Below, in pieces: positions 23,446 through 36,769 of a stretch of DNA of 64,000 bases. Numbering within the stretch: position 1 is the first letter of the stretch; each line of letters opens with the position of its first letter. The notes beneath the pieces are model-generated. The model saw only the letters and a list, made by a program, of their open reading frames with translations, was not told the origin of the DNA and did no database searches. The position numbers and the translations under genes were made by a program. Origin of the DNA: Pavona decussata (taxonomy: Eukaryota); the NCBI GenBank assembly GCA_977016875.1, contig CDRNST010000287.1, positions 124,001-188,000 on the forward strand. Direction: 5' to 3'.

Positions 23446-26400
23446 CTACACCTTTGACTTATTATATGGGCAGTCTTTGTGACTCTTGCGGGAGTGAGTG
23501 TTGCTACCACACCATTTGCACTTCTTCCCTCCCACTTCTACAACTGCTCCGTGGGGTGCTGGCATAGTAGTATCAGGTAGAGTGATACCAGTCGCACTTC
23601 CATCACGGACTGCAGACTCAGTGAGCAACACTGCTTCTTCTTCAACCAGGTCATCCTCTGCATCCTCACCATAGGTGTTCTGTATTCGGCAATTTTTGAC
23701 ATATTTCTTTCTGAAGGAAAGAAAACAGACAAAGATTGATATCAACAACAACATAAAAACGGAAAATCTGTTAGAGCTTGGCTTTTCTAATAAAATGCAT
23801 TTCTTATCCTTCCCAGTTTATCAGGAAATTTTGTGTCTAAGTAAAAGCAATAAGTAAATATCTCCACAATGTACAGTAGTCTCTTTAATTATAGCTAAGA
23901 AAATCAACTACCTCTAGCCTAAAGTTTACACATTAATATTTAAATAGAAGACAGTGGAACATGACTCTACTGAGGTAAGAGAAAGTACCTTAGCTTCTGC
24001 TCCTCTGCACGGTCAATATTTCGCTGTACTCTTTTTCTCTTCCCTTCCGCAGTTTTGTAGCGCTCCAGTCTCTTGTATCTCTCCTCATTGTCGTGTTGAC
24101 TGTAATAAAATGGTCATAGTTACAATAATATTAGCTCTTTATGTTCATTGTATTGTAACATCAATTGCAATGTCCAGTTATCAACATATTTTCCTGTGAT
24201 CAACAATGATCAGTGATCGACAAAATAGATGAAACACCAGTAATACATTACAAACTTGTCACACAAATAAAATTTTTGCAGGAAACATGCTCAGATAGGC
24301 TTACATAGATACAATATTTAAGCAATAGGCCACACTTTCTATGTGTTTACCAGCACAATAACCCACGTGGGATGTTGGGAGAACACGATGAAAGCTTGTA
24401 CATTGTAAAAGTGGGTTATCATGCCACTAAACCCATAGAAAGTGTGGTCTATTGCTTTTATAAAATAACTTTAAGTTTTCTACGAGTTTACCGGTACAAT
24501 AAACCATAGGTTTTTAACCAATCAGAGCACGTGTACTATCTTAGTTATTTTATAAATAGCACATATAACAAATCACATACAAAGTAGATAGAACTATGCA
24601 TCCCATTTCTTGAATGCCATCAAGGACTGGAAGACCCATTCGTGAATAGAGGTCAGGGATCCAATGGTACTCCGGTCTTCTGTTCTTGTAGCACCAAGCC
24701 ATGTTGGCCGGGAGTAATCTAAGTTTGTTGCAGCATGGTAATGCTTCATGTGCAAGTTAGTGTCCTTGGCGCAGAATTTAGTGAGAACACTAAATGTTGA
24801 CTCAAGGAGATTTGAGTGCCCTTTTCCCAAGTCTGGCTTGATGACCTTCTCAGCATCTTTGGCTCTTTCACTGCATTCTATTTCATACGCCAGCGCATGA
24901 AATTCACATCGCAGAATGTGAGCTGAGTGATATTCCTCACCAGAACATTTGAGTTCTGCATAAAATCCATCAACATCCGCTTCACACTTTTTACAGCTTC
25001 ACTTAGTGAGTGGATGAAAGCTGCAGGAACCCCCCTGCCATTCATGAATATCTCTACAGTGGTACTTTCCAAGGGCCAACATAGTTTGTCTGTATTTATC
25101 TGGGCTGTTTCCAGCATGGACCAGGGCACAATAGTGGTTTCGCTTTGCATTTTGGAATTTTGGATAAAACCCGGACCAATACACCCACAAACAGGTTTGT
25201 TTCTAGTGGCAACAAATGTATGACTTTTTGCCAACACAACATTTGACAGATTCAATTGAAGGAAATTCTCTTTTGTGTAAGGCAATAAAAGCAGATGAGA
25301 ATGATGACTTTGTTTTAAGCTCCTCAAGCTTCTTCCCATGGGCCCTTCCAACATGGCCCCCACACAACATGATTCTACTCTCTTGTTCATTTGAGTATGA
25401 CTGGCGAAACCCCTTGGCTGAGGAAGAGTCAGCATCCTGCCAGTTGACTTCAACTTTTAGCCCCTCTTCTTTGGCTTTGGCCCATAGCACTTCACTGAGA
25501 TGCCCCTCAGCTAACTTGGCTGTCCCCTGCCAGAGTTCCTCATCACAAATGGTGTCAGCTCGTCTCATACAGAGATGCCCATAATAAAGAGGGGCACCAG
25601 TAAAAAAAATTCTTGATCACGAATGTGCAGTTTTGACTGAAATGCCCTCTAATCAACCAACACCCATCACAACAAGTAACAGCTCTAGACCAGCTGCCTA
25701 TCTGGTCAGCTAGGAGTTCCTTCATCTTCTCCTTTCCATCTTCACACATCTCATCCAACATCGACTCCTAAGGTCTTTCTGCACCCAGCATAACCATGCC
25801 CACTAATAAAAAGGTTAAGGAGATGGCCAAGGACACTAATTGTCGTCTGGATTCTTGGGCAAGGTAACTACTCTTATAATCGATCTCAACAATCCAGCAA
25901 CCACAAAACTTGAAGGAAAAGACCATTGCCCCTCCAAATCCTTTTTTGCCATATGCTGTAAGAACGAGTGGGCCTGTGAAATAAGTTTGAGCGGGAAAAT
26001 CATGTAAGGTAATTGTGTTAGAAAATTTATGGTATGACCTCCTACAATTTTATGGAATTGTGAGAGCACTTATGACTGTGAAGGCCACAACCTCTAGCAA
26101 AACAGCAGTAGTCATATTGATCATTTTTCACTATGTCAAATTGAGTATTTTCAAACAAAGAGGCATGTGAACACTTTGCGTTTTCAGAATTGAGGTACCT
26201 TATCTTTCTAACCACAGGTGGCTTAGACAAAATACGAAACAACTATCCCCCAAAAGGGAGGGGAATAGTGGTGAATATACCAAGACGCGAAGCGTTCAGG
26301 TATATTTCTAGCGCTATGAACTGACCCTGAGGGGTATAGTTGTTTTAGTATTGACCAAATCAGTTTAATAAAAATTTAAAAAAAGTATCTTTTTGTGAAA

Positions 26401-26675
26401 GAACATGTCACTTAGTTAAGAGTTTATGTTTCAATTGACATCGTTCCTGGGGTCATTTTTTATGATTTTGTTGCAAATTCAGCAAGAAAATAATTTTCTA
26501 CCTACCAGTACACACCTACAAGCCAAAGTTCGTCACTTTCTTGGTATTTCTTTCTATGACTGCTCCACTTATAGCTCAAATAAATGTCTCAAAACGAATT
26601 GCCATCTTGGCTCTGGTCGCAAAACAGTGAATAGCAAAGGATATTTCGAGTTACGGGAGCCAATCAAAACGCGCA

Positions 26676-26706
<31 letters not shown>

Positions 26707-27883
26707 TAAAAAGTTTATGTTGAATAACATAAATTTCTCCAAGCAATTTGAGTGTTATGTACAACATTACCTAATCTAACCATATCTGATCATCTACCAA
26801 ACCTGCTTAAACTCAAAAATTGATGCCATTTGTCGGTAGTCTTGAAACTTTGGCTGATGTTAGGCACTAGCATCAATGTCTGTCCCTAAATGAAAGGATG
26901 AAATCCCAATGTAAAAAGGGAGAGTTTAAGTCTAATTTTATTTACCCTGGCTCTCAGACAAACTCTGTATCTTTCACACAAAATCCCTGTCACTGGGCCA
27001 CCTACTATTCTAATAATACATCTCCCATTGTTTGACGTGCACTTGAAATATTTATTTACTTCGCCAACAAAATCAACAATGCTGGAGGTTGTCGCTATGA
27101 ACAGTCCTTCTGGAACTTCAACTCTACAAAAAATATAAACCCAGAGGGAAATGTCAATTTCAACTTCATGCTCGTGAGCACTCAATGTAACTCCCTCAGA
27201 CAGGCAGATTTATACAATTTTCACTCTCTTATAGGGAGAATGTGAAACACACTTCAAAAAACGCTGTTGTGCTAACATACAGAGATCGTAAACTGCGAAT
27301 CCTATTGATCCCAGAGAATCTGCGAATCCTCTGATCCCAGAGGTTTTTCCGCGTAAGAGAGAGGAGCGAAAGGGGCAGAATTCACAAGAATGAGTCACGA
27401 AGCAATCGGTATTCACGCAATGGTTCCACGCAATTAGAGTCCAAAAATGTTAACACCAGTAAAGCGATGACTGTTGGTCTCAGTGTTTCAGTATAAGCCA
27501 GTAAATATTTTTATACATATCAAAACTCACACTTTATCGTGCTTGATTTCTTTCAGCGTTTGTTTTTCCATTGGAGCCTCATAATCAGAGTCACCGGTTT
27601 CATCAGAGGATGTTGCATTGGATACGAATTCTTCAAGTATTCCTTCAGCATGTAATTGCCGCTTTACTTCTTCGACGCTTTTGAGAGATTTGCCCTCAGG
27701 ATTCCTATAACTGACCTGCAACGATTTTCCTGAACACGACTTCGGACACTCTTCAATCGTCCATCCGGCATTCTTTAGTTTTTCAAAATCAAGAGATATT
27801 CTCGATTTCGATCCAGAACCACGGGCTTCGTGAGCCTTTTTTGACGCTTCTTTTCTGGCCTTCGAGGCTTTTCTTTTAGGCAT
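23446..27883 (-). pseudogene. Spliced Kolobok transposase gene, copy A: MBD-like exon (27883-~27531), Cys exon(s), DDE exon (25973-~24604), C-terminal CCHC exon (23712-23446)
   Basis: Catalytic motifs CDGCWLIRGHFSQN, QDADSSS, CGGHVGRAH and GKGHSNLLESTFSVL; terminal CKWCGSNTHSRKSHKDC. Multiple frameshifts. Confidence 0.8.
24318..24556. repeat. Interspersed repeat in an intron (possibly Crypton-type, non-autonomous)
   Basis: Internal inverted repeat AAGCAATAGGCCACACTTTCTATG / CATAGAAAGTGTGGTCTATTGCTT; no TSD seen. Confidence 0.45.
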
Positions 27884-27941
27884 TCCGCAGTCTAAAACAC
27901 GCAACACAGAAGTAGCTAGAAGTGTCAGGCATTCAATGTGC

Positions 27942-28103
27942 CGTTGCTATGGGGAGACGTCAATGTTTTCTATCGCTTTTTCTGATTGGTTTCGTGGGAA
28001 AAATAGAGGGCCTTTGTAAGGGCATAACAGTTCATATAGAGAGTATTCTTGGCGTTTTACCGCTGTAAACAATTATCGAACTGTTCAGTAAGATGGCCGC
28101 CAT
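27942..28103 (-). promoter_or_regulatory. Putative promoter of Kolobok transposase copy A (YY1-, E2F-, CCAAT-, CRE- and X-box-like motifs)
   Basis: Same six motif blocks, in the same order, as at 39152-39313 in copy B. Confidence 0.6.
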
Positions 28104-28695
28104 CAACCACAGATTGGGATAGGAACCTTTTGTGGGATATTTTCGCAATTATCAGTCGCTTTTCAATCACAAAAGGCCTGCAAATTTAGAGAGGGTTTAT
28201 ACTAAATTTAGATTTTTTGCGTGGATTTATTGGAAAGGCATGAAACTTGGAGCATATGACAAACACACATACAATAATCGTTCTGTGGCACCGCGTCAAT
28301 ATTTCTTGAATATACGACTCGCGACAACATAAAAATTACTGACAAGGTAAATTATATTTTGCAGTGTAAAATATTCCCGTTTGTGTAAATTTTGATGCAC
28401 TGCCAAAGTTTGGTAGAAAATGAAAGTAATCGTGTGGCCAAACATCATGGTCAAAGAATGAATTTTGCTCGAGTTTTTTCAAAAAATGTGATGTGACGTG
28501 ATAATGACCACACCAATAAAAAAGTCGAATTCCTGGAATACTTTAAATTCTTGTTGGAAATACATTTTTTTTCAGAAAGTACACGACAGCTTCTGACGGA
28601 TGGTAATTTGACAGAGTTGGAGCAAGTATTTTTTTTAAAACAAAGCATAACATTTCAGGGAAAAATGCGAACAATAGCCTCCAGGAATACCTTAA

Positions 28696-29405
28696 GGAGC
28701 CTGTTCACACTTTCAGGCTAGAGTAAAGTATACATCAGACTGCTGAAAGAGCAAGGTTTTTTTTCATATTTCACCATTTTCCCGTCTTTTTCTTTACAGA
28801 AAGCCTACTTTATCAAAGGAATTCATTTGGAAATGAATAAAACCCCCGTGTACCCACATGAAGCAAGAACAGTCACAATTCTGATTATTATATCGATCAT
28901 GTGCACAGGTCTTGGGTGAAATGCATTGTTGGATGATATGGTTTGTAAACCATCAGTCCTAATGACAACATAAATGAAACAGAAAAGTCATGGGAACAAA
29001 AACAATAAAAGTTATTTTTCTCTTGAAACAAACTAACAACTAATTCAGCATGCTATGTTTTCAGATGCTATTTCTTAGAACTATGCCTCTAGCAGGAAGA
29101 GGAAGAGGCAAGAAGAAAATGGCACCTATGAAAAATATCAACAAGAGCAGAAGAGAAGGTAAAGGAGCAAAGGGTAAACATTATATCACTGATTAAATAA
29201 CATGAAAGCATGTAAGTCCCAGAACAAATTATTACTGTATACACTTAAGTAATATAAACCATGAACGATAACACCCAACAGCTTTTAGAAAGTAAAACAC
29301 ATAATTTTCTATTTTCTAAGATTACTTTCAGGCAATTGAAAGGTATGTTTGGGTAGCTAATGCAGTTTGATTTCATAATTTGCTCCATAACATAATTTCA
29401 TAACC
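28696..29405 (+). repeat. ~710-bp direct duplication, copy 1 (copy 2 at 33074-33775); includes an exon
   Basis: Colinear from GGAGCCTGTTCACACT to CATAATTTCATAACC with scattered substitutions and indels. Confidence 0.92.
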
Positions 29406-32025
29406 TAATTTGCTCCGACTGCCCACAGAACTTTTAGTGGCAACTGAAGAGATTCATAGAGAATCGAAACTGCAGTCTTTCCTTAGAAATCCTTCTGCAA
29501 TATGTCAGAAACCAGTATCACTACTGACAGTTTTGTAGAAACCACATCGATGGATCCTCTCCACGAGGATTTGCCTATGGAAACGGAAGATTTGAGCAAA
29601 GTGGAAGAAGCAGCTCTGTTGTGCAGAAACCCCGGTGAAGACGAAGATTTAGAGACCGAGATTCCATGCCCTCAGGTCAATCAGGAGCATCCGAAGAAGA
29701 CAAACAATCAGCAGATCGAGACATGAAAAGCCAAACAGCCTGTACGTCCAGTTGTATTGAGCAAACACAAGCACAGGGACAGGAAACGTTCCCGAGACGA
29801 GCACGAAAAGTCCGCCAAAACGACCGCCAACTCCGATGCAAAGGAAGCCCGCCAAGATGACGAGCAGAGCTCCTCCATCCAAAAACAGATAAACAGCTCC
29901 AACCAAAGCATTGGCAAGCTGAAAAGTCATCTTGAGAAGGGCACATGCCCTAAGACTTTAAGATATAACGCAAGGGCTAATATTATGCCCAATGAGGACT
30001 TTAAGAACGATTAGAAAGAAAGCAGAACAGGCTCTAGTAGGAGCGCTGGCGAAATATCACCATAGGCGCGTAGAACACTTAACTAGCAGGCTTCGTAAGC
30101 TCGAACAGTATAAATCTCGCAGAAATACTGTAACTAAGCCGACGTCTCACCCAAAAACGCAATCACCGGCTAGAAAGAAAACTGTCAACAAAGGTGACAA
30201 TGTAAACGAGCTAACTGAAGAGTTGAAAGCCAAGATTAGCGAAGTTGATGTACTGTTAGAACAAATGAGATCACAAATACGTGGGAATAAACAAAGTGAA
30301 TCTTACCCTTGTGTCTTATCAGACTCCTTAGAAGTAAGGGGAAAAGGGAAAGCAAACCACAGAGTTGATAAAACGGCCAAAAACCGAAAAAGAAAAGAGC
30401 GGAGAAAAATCAAAGACAAAAAGCGCTTTTGTAACGCCATTGAGTCACGCAAACAGCATATCAAAAACCTGTCAAATAAACAACTGACAGATGAGCAAAT
30501 TACTCTACTATCGCGTGGTCTTAAGTTCATCCCGACACCCGTGACAAAAGAAAATCTTATCAGGTGCAAACTTCTAGCGGATTTTGATCAATTTGCGAGA
30601 CGAATTCGACTACAATATATTTTTCACGGAGAAGAAAACGAACCTCATCCTTTCCACGTTAAGTCAGACTGGAAACAACCAGTCCAGCCATCAGTAGCTC
30701 TAGAGAGTAGAGGAGGTCAAATTTGAGCTTGCAAGCATAGAATTTGACAAGCCACAAGATAATATATCTCCGGAACAGCGCCAAGCTCTCAAAGAGCTAT
30801 AGCGTAACAAAAGCATTATTCTTAAGAAATCTGATAAGTGGAGCACAACCGTATTGACGAGCAGACAAGAAAACTTAACGAGGGTCAAGTTCTACTTGAC
30901 GATTTAAATAACTAACGACCCCTAGACAAACCAATGGCTGAAACTACAGCGAAAAAAGCTCAACAACTAATTAGATCACTGCTCTCAGAAGGCCATATTG
31001 ACGAAATGACGGCTAAATTGCTCTCTCTTACGCCTGATCCTCCACGAATCCCAGTGTTCTACACACTCACTAAGATTCACAAACCGACACTTGTCGGAAG
31101 ACCAATTATCTCAGGGTGTTCTGGCTCTAAAGAACGGAGCTCAGCATTTGTTGACCACATTATTCAGCCAATAGCACAACAACATGCTTCGTATCTTAAA
31201 GATACGACAGACTTTCTTAACTTAATTGAGATTTAACTGCCTAAAAGTGCCATACTTCATGGCCAAAATAGAGAACGAAATCGTCAGACGGGGCAGCATT
31301 AAGCCTATCTCCTGGAAAAGGTTTATCAATGATGTCATATCAGGGATAGACGCAGAAACGAAATAGAAGAATTCCTTCTAAAGGGAAACAACTTCCATCC
31401 CAGAATCAAAATCATGGCTGAAATCTCAGAAACAGAAACTACATTCTTGGACACGATAGTGTACAAAGGTGTCAGATTCAACAAGGATTCTATCCTTGAC
31501 GTGCGAACACACTTCATGCCTACAGAAACCTTCCAATACACGAATTTCTATTCATGCCACCCACCAGACGTCACGGAAGGTTTTATAAAAGGAGAAGCGT
31601 TAAGGCTTCTAAGACAAATTTTCTCTGAAATCACTTTTCACGAGAACTGAGGAATTTTGCAACACGCCTCAAGAATAGAGATTACCCAGTTACAACCGTA
31701 GAAAAACATCTCTCAGAGGTCATTTTCACTGACAGAAAGAAAGCACTGGAACAGCGAAACAAAAATGCACGTAAGAAAATACTGCCCTTTGTAATGCAAT
31801 ACCACCCTGCGTTGCCCAACCTGAAGACCATACTCATGGGGAAATGGCACCTTAAACAGAATCAAACATATCTGACAAATATCTTTAAGGAGCCTCCCCT
31901 CATTTCATATCGCAAAGGAGAATCCCTAAAAGACATTCTAGTAAGAGCTAAGCTATAAAGGCTTTAAGGCCAAGCTATATGCAAACTGCAGGAATCATGC
32001 AGGCTCGTCAACACTTTTAAACTCT
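29406..32025 (+). mobile_element. Penelope-like retroelement, degenerate; ORF ends without a GIY-YIG domain
   Basis: KNLSNKQLTDEQITLLSRGLKFIPTP; RIPVFYTLTKIHK...GRPIISGC; YLKDTTDF; RT motif A-B region deleted; RFINDV; FLDT; FIKGEALRLLR; ends PPLISYRKGESLKDILVRAKL* at ~31958. Confidence 0.9.
29435..29485 (+). ncRNA. Minimal hammerhead ribozyme in the Penelope 5' region
   Basis: CTGAAGA core, helix II GATTC-ATAGA-GAATC, GAAA, palindromic CTGCAG helix III, TC cleavage site. Helix I (GGCAA/TTTCC) has one mismatch. Confidence 0.7.
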
Positions 32026-32259
32026 AACAAATAACAATAGCCAGCTACTAAGAGCTTAGAGATGAGTAAGAGATAATAGGAAAAGTTTTGTCTTCGAGCT
32101 CGCTCCTCTAATAGTTTGTGATCATGCTTGAGATTGTAGTCGTTGCCCTTTCATATTCAGCTTACAGTTGTGTACCTTCTTCTCCTTAGTTAGCAGATGA
32201 GTTTATATATTAAATAGCAGCAAACACATATTGCAAGATGATTGTTGGTATTATTTTGG

Positions 32260-34390
32260 ATGCATTAATTTTTTGGCACATTTATTATCATCGTGGGGAG
32301 AATGAAGACCCAAGCCAGGCAGCTTCAACAACTTTACTTAGAGAGACCAAAGAAGTAGAGTAAATTAAAAATGATCCACTCTACACGGAGAGGCCTATTT
32401 TGGGTAAGTTCTTATGACCATGCCTTAGTTGATGTACTGACCATATTAAAACAAGGAGGTGCATGTCTGTGTGTATTAAAGGTACCAAATTTTGCAATAA
32501 TTGCAGCTCAAGGCATTTATCTTCTCAGATGATATAACAGCAGTGGTAACACTATAACTTTTACTAAATAGGAAATACGCCTTTGTCACTCAGCACCCTT
32601 CTTGTGTCTCAGAAGAATAAAAAGCTGTGTTTTTGCACAGCAAGCGTCACACTGAATTTGTATCAGGATAAGGCTTGCTGTGCAAAAACAATTTATTCTT
32701 CTGAGACTCATCAACATGGCCACGCAAGGCAAAGGTCTATTCACTGGGACTTTCCCAAGAAAAAGAAAGCGAGGGAGCATGTGGACATTCTTTCGATATG
32801 GCATTCCATGATACCAGATTCAGTAATCAAAATTAGATTGGCTAGATAAACAGCTGTTGACAGTTTTGCAAACAATGTGAACTCATTAAACACCATTTTG
32901 AATGTCTTGTGGTGTAAATTTGCATATTTTTGTCAAAGAAAATGAACTTCTTACTTCTAGTTTTGGAGAGTCAAAATGGTGGGATCAAGAAAATGTGCAC
33001 AGGTTGTCCCTTTTCTTTCTTGTCCTTAGACCAAGCTCTGCTTGTGCTTTCTCGTCACCATATAACCCATTACGGAGCCTGTTCACACTGGCAGGCTAGA
33101 GTAAAGTATGTATCAGACTGCTGAAAGAGCAGGGTTTTTTTTCATATTTCACCATTTTCCCATCTTTTTCTTTACAGAAAGCCTACTTTATCAACGGCAT
33201 TCATTTGGAAATGAATAAAACCCCCGTGTACCCACATGAAGCAAGAACAGTCACAATTCTGATTATTATATCGAACATGTGCACAGGTCTTGGGTGAAAT
33301 GCATTGTAGGATGATATGGTTTGTAAACCATCAGTCCTGATGACAACATAAATGAAACAGAAAAGTCATGGGAACAAAAACAATAAAAGTTTTTGTTCTT
33401 TTGAAACAAACTGACAACTAATTCAGCATGCTATGTTTTCAGATGCCATTCCTCAGAACTATGCCTCTAGCAAGAAGAGGAAGAGGCAAGAAGAAAATGG
33501 CACCTATGAAAAATATCAACAAGAGCAGAAAAGAAGGTAAAGGAGCAAAGGGGTAAGCATTTTATCACTGATAAAATAAGATGATAGCATGTCAGTCCCA
33601 GAATAAATTATTACTGTATACACTAAGTGATATAAACCATGAATGATAACACCCAACAGCTTTCGGAAAGTAGAACACATAATTTTTTATTTTCTAAGAT
33701 TACTTTCAGGCAATTGAAAGGAATGTTTAATGCAGTTTGATTTCATAATTTGCTCCATAACATAATTTCATAACCCATACAGCATAACACTCTTTACACT
33801 TCATTTTACCCATAGAAAGCAAATAGAATTAGTTTTTCTTGTGATGTGAAAGTTTCAGGTGATGTTTAACCAATTGAAAGAAAATTCCAGCTTCTTATCC
33901 ATTTACTAAATCCAAATTACCGTATTAAGGCTTTCTCTAAAAGGACCAGTGGGTTACAGCTCTGTTGTAAAGGCTACATGTATCCTGAAGTGCATTTGGT
34001 GTCTATTTTTGAATCATTTTTACAGTTATTTGATGTTAATAACTTGTTTCTACCTGTCAATTGTCAATTTAGAAACTGGAAAAAAGACTGAAAGTTATCA
34101 ATGGATCCCTCCATTTCAGCCTTGTCTCCTCAGATGAGTCAGAAGATGAAAGGGATGCCTTGGCCACCAGGCCTTTTACCTGGAGAGTGGAGGTAGTATC
34201 AAGCTTCTTTAAGACAATGGATGCAAGGTGGAAGGCAGCAATGACACCACAAAAAAAGCGTCAATCAGTAAGCCAAAGAAATGGCCTTCCAAGTCTTCCG
34301 AGCCATAATGGAGTTAAGAAGGCAATATATGCAGTACTGAGTAACAGTGATGTCACAGATGAAGAACTGAACCCCATTTACACGCACTAA
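32260..34390 (+). pseudogene. Degenerate spliced gene for an uncharacterised basic/acidic TE-associated protein
   Basis: Exons at ~32260-32403, ~33443-33552 (DAIPQNYASSKKRKRQEENG...) and ~34073-34390 (KLEKRLK...VSSDESED...RPFTWRVEVVSSFFKTMDARW) with AG/GT boundaries. Confidence 0.45.
33074..33775 (+). repeat. ~700-bp direct duplication, copy 2
   Basis: Colinear with 28696-29405. Confidence 0.92.
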
Positions 34391-34780
34391 AAAATCGGCA
34401 CAATGTCACAAACTTTTCGGCATGGCACCCCTGATTTTAAACGTGTTAACATAGCGTGCCCAAAAATAATACGGCACCGTTGCCCGAAATTTTCAGGGTG
34501 CGGAGACCACCTCGCTAGGTGGTCTCGGCACAGGTAAACAAGGCACCGTGCCGAAAAATGTGTGCGTATAAACGCTTAGCATTGCCGTTCCTGTTTATTT
34601 TTGGGCAATTTCCAACATATTCAGGCAATATGCGCGTGCGAGGCACTTACAAAATGTTGGACGACACAGCAGTTGCTGCGAGTAAGCAGAAGAATACGAA
34701 TAATAAGAAGACTAATCGCAGGATAAATTGGGCGGATGAGGCCACAGATACATTAACGCTCTCACTCCAAGAGTGCCATA
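34372..34780 (+). mobile_element. Harbinger-like terminal remnant
   Basis: TTTACACGCAC...TCGGCAC / GTGCCGA...GTGCGTATAAA subterminal palindrome, followed by a Myb/MADF-like start (RRINWADEAT). Confidence 0.4.
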
Positions 34781-36769
34781 TGACACAAAAAGTTATTACG
34801 TTTCCAATACTGGATCAATTTGTATCAAATTTGGACACCAAACAGATCTTGGAGAGATGTGCACAATGGAAGCATAAATTCTTACCCCCTCCTACATAAG
34901 ACATGATTAACCACCCCTCCATTTTTTGTAACTTTTTCCTCTTACGCTTTTAAGACCAAGTCACCATTTGACAAGAAACTATGTGCTGAGATCTGCAAAT
35001 TAAGCTATAGTTTAGGGGTATACCCAGTGTATACGAGAAGTGAGATGTATTTTAAGGTTTATATTTTCTCGTTTTAAACACTTTTCATTCTCTTCTGTTA
35101 CTTCCTTTGTCTAAGCTGGAGTGATTTATACAATGCCCCAGATAAAACCTTTTAATTGGTGTATTACAGTTGTTGTAGGGGTTCACAGTTGCCGTTTTAC
35201 AAAAATACGGCATTTCCCATGGGAGTGAAAGGGATAATAGAACTGTGGGCAGAAAAAAACTATACAGATTGCCTTAGAAAACGCAAAGTCATCAAAAGAC
35301 ACTTGTTCTGTGTACCAAAACCTAAAGGTAAGTTCGGAGGTCATGTCTGCTCGTTTTGCATTGCGATGCTTATATCATTCTCAAATGTTAAGAAAACAAC
35401 AAACTGTGAGAGGATTTCCTGGTCAACATAAAGACAATAATTCTCATTGTCATTGCCATTATTATTATTGTCATTGTTATTAACTGTTATGATTATTTAT
35501 CATTATTATTGTTTTTAATGTAATACCACCTACCATACCCATCAACCTCATGCTATCAAAACACAGAAATATTGAACTCTAAATCAATTTTCCTGCTGTA
35601 TTCACCTGCCTTTACCAAATTTTTTTTCTCAACAGAAAGCCTGGCAATGTCTGCATCAAAACGAAAAGGTAAATGACATATTCAACTTATTGAGTCCACT
35701 TGTCAAGATGTCAGTTATGTCTTAACATCAATCATTACAGGCCTACTGATTAGGCCATGGCTTATGATGCATCATCAATTTCAGGTCTACTTACAATATA
35801 ACTTGTGTTCCCTTTTAAGGTGGTACTGGAGGCTAAGGTGGACCTTTCAGATTCCTCTGATAATTTGTGACTTTGTAGAGCACATATAAAGAAACCTGCA
35901 TGCAAAATTTGGAGTCTGAGAAGCGATGCGTTTCTGAAATATAAACCAACAAAGTTTGGTTTCCAAGAGGGCATACTGTGCGGGACGAGGTTTCATGTGT
36001 CTAAATGAAGTTTTGCGTTGACAAATCTGTTAATTAGTACATGTGCAAACTGAAAGATGAAACTGTCATTGACAGAAGAGACAAAACCTCTACGTTCGCT
36101 TTCGTGCCAGGCACTTGACCGAGCTTTTTGCAATGACGGGTAAATGATAATTTCTTCATAATATTTTGTTTTTAAGACCACTTTTCAGCTTTATTTAATT
36201 GTACTAACATTGATGCCATTTTTCCTTTAGTTTCGCCGGCACACCGCCTGGATTTGCTAACATTTTGCGGCGAACCCAGCCACAGAAGTGGGAGAGTCTT
36301 GAAGACTGCCAGCACATACTTTTCCACCGGTTTTTTGGGATTCTTTGGGTGAGTGTTATTTTATGACCTTTCTTTTACCTAACCTCAACTACAACATAGT
36401 TGACATTTAGGTCGAGCCATTTTGCATCTCGTGGTTGAGATCTTCACGCGTACGAACAACACATGGTTGTCAAGCTTTCTATGTATCCACGTGTTTCGTC
36501 AGTTGCACTTCAAATAATTGTGAGTTGCTTGTATGATCTGCTTTTTGCCAACCCAGGCAGTTTACTTTACGGATGGTTAGCTTTCTTCAGCAGCGAGCAA
36601 ACCTACATACATATGTATTTTACCTCTTGGTTACTCTCACATGCATGGTTTACAATGCATTGGGAATCAATCACATGACAACTGATCTTGCATAGTTTTC
36701 TTTGCCTCACCACTTACTTAATTATTATGATGTGGAATGTCTAATTGCTCCTCTTTATATCTCTACTAG

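Larger units (their letters stand above)
21786..28691 (-). mobile_element. Kolobok-type transposon copy A (MBD-like transposase gene plus convergent accessory gene; left terminus not found)
   Basis: Terminus GGTATTCCTGGAGGC on the minus strand next to TTAA (28692-28695), similar to the termini at 35819 and 38571. Gene layout is homologous to copy B. Confidence 0.8.
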
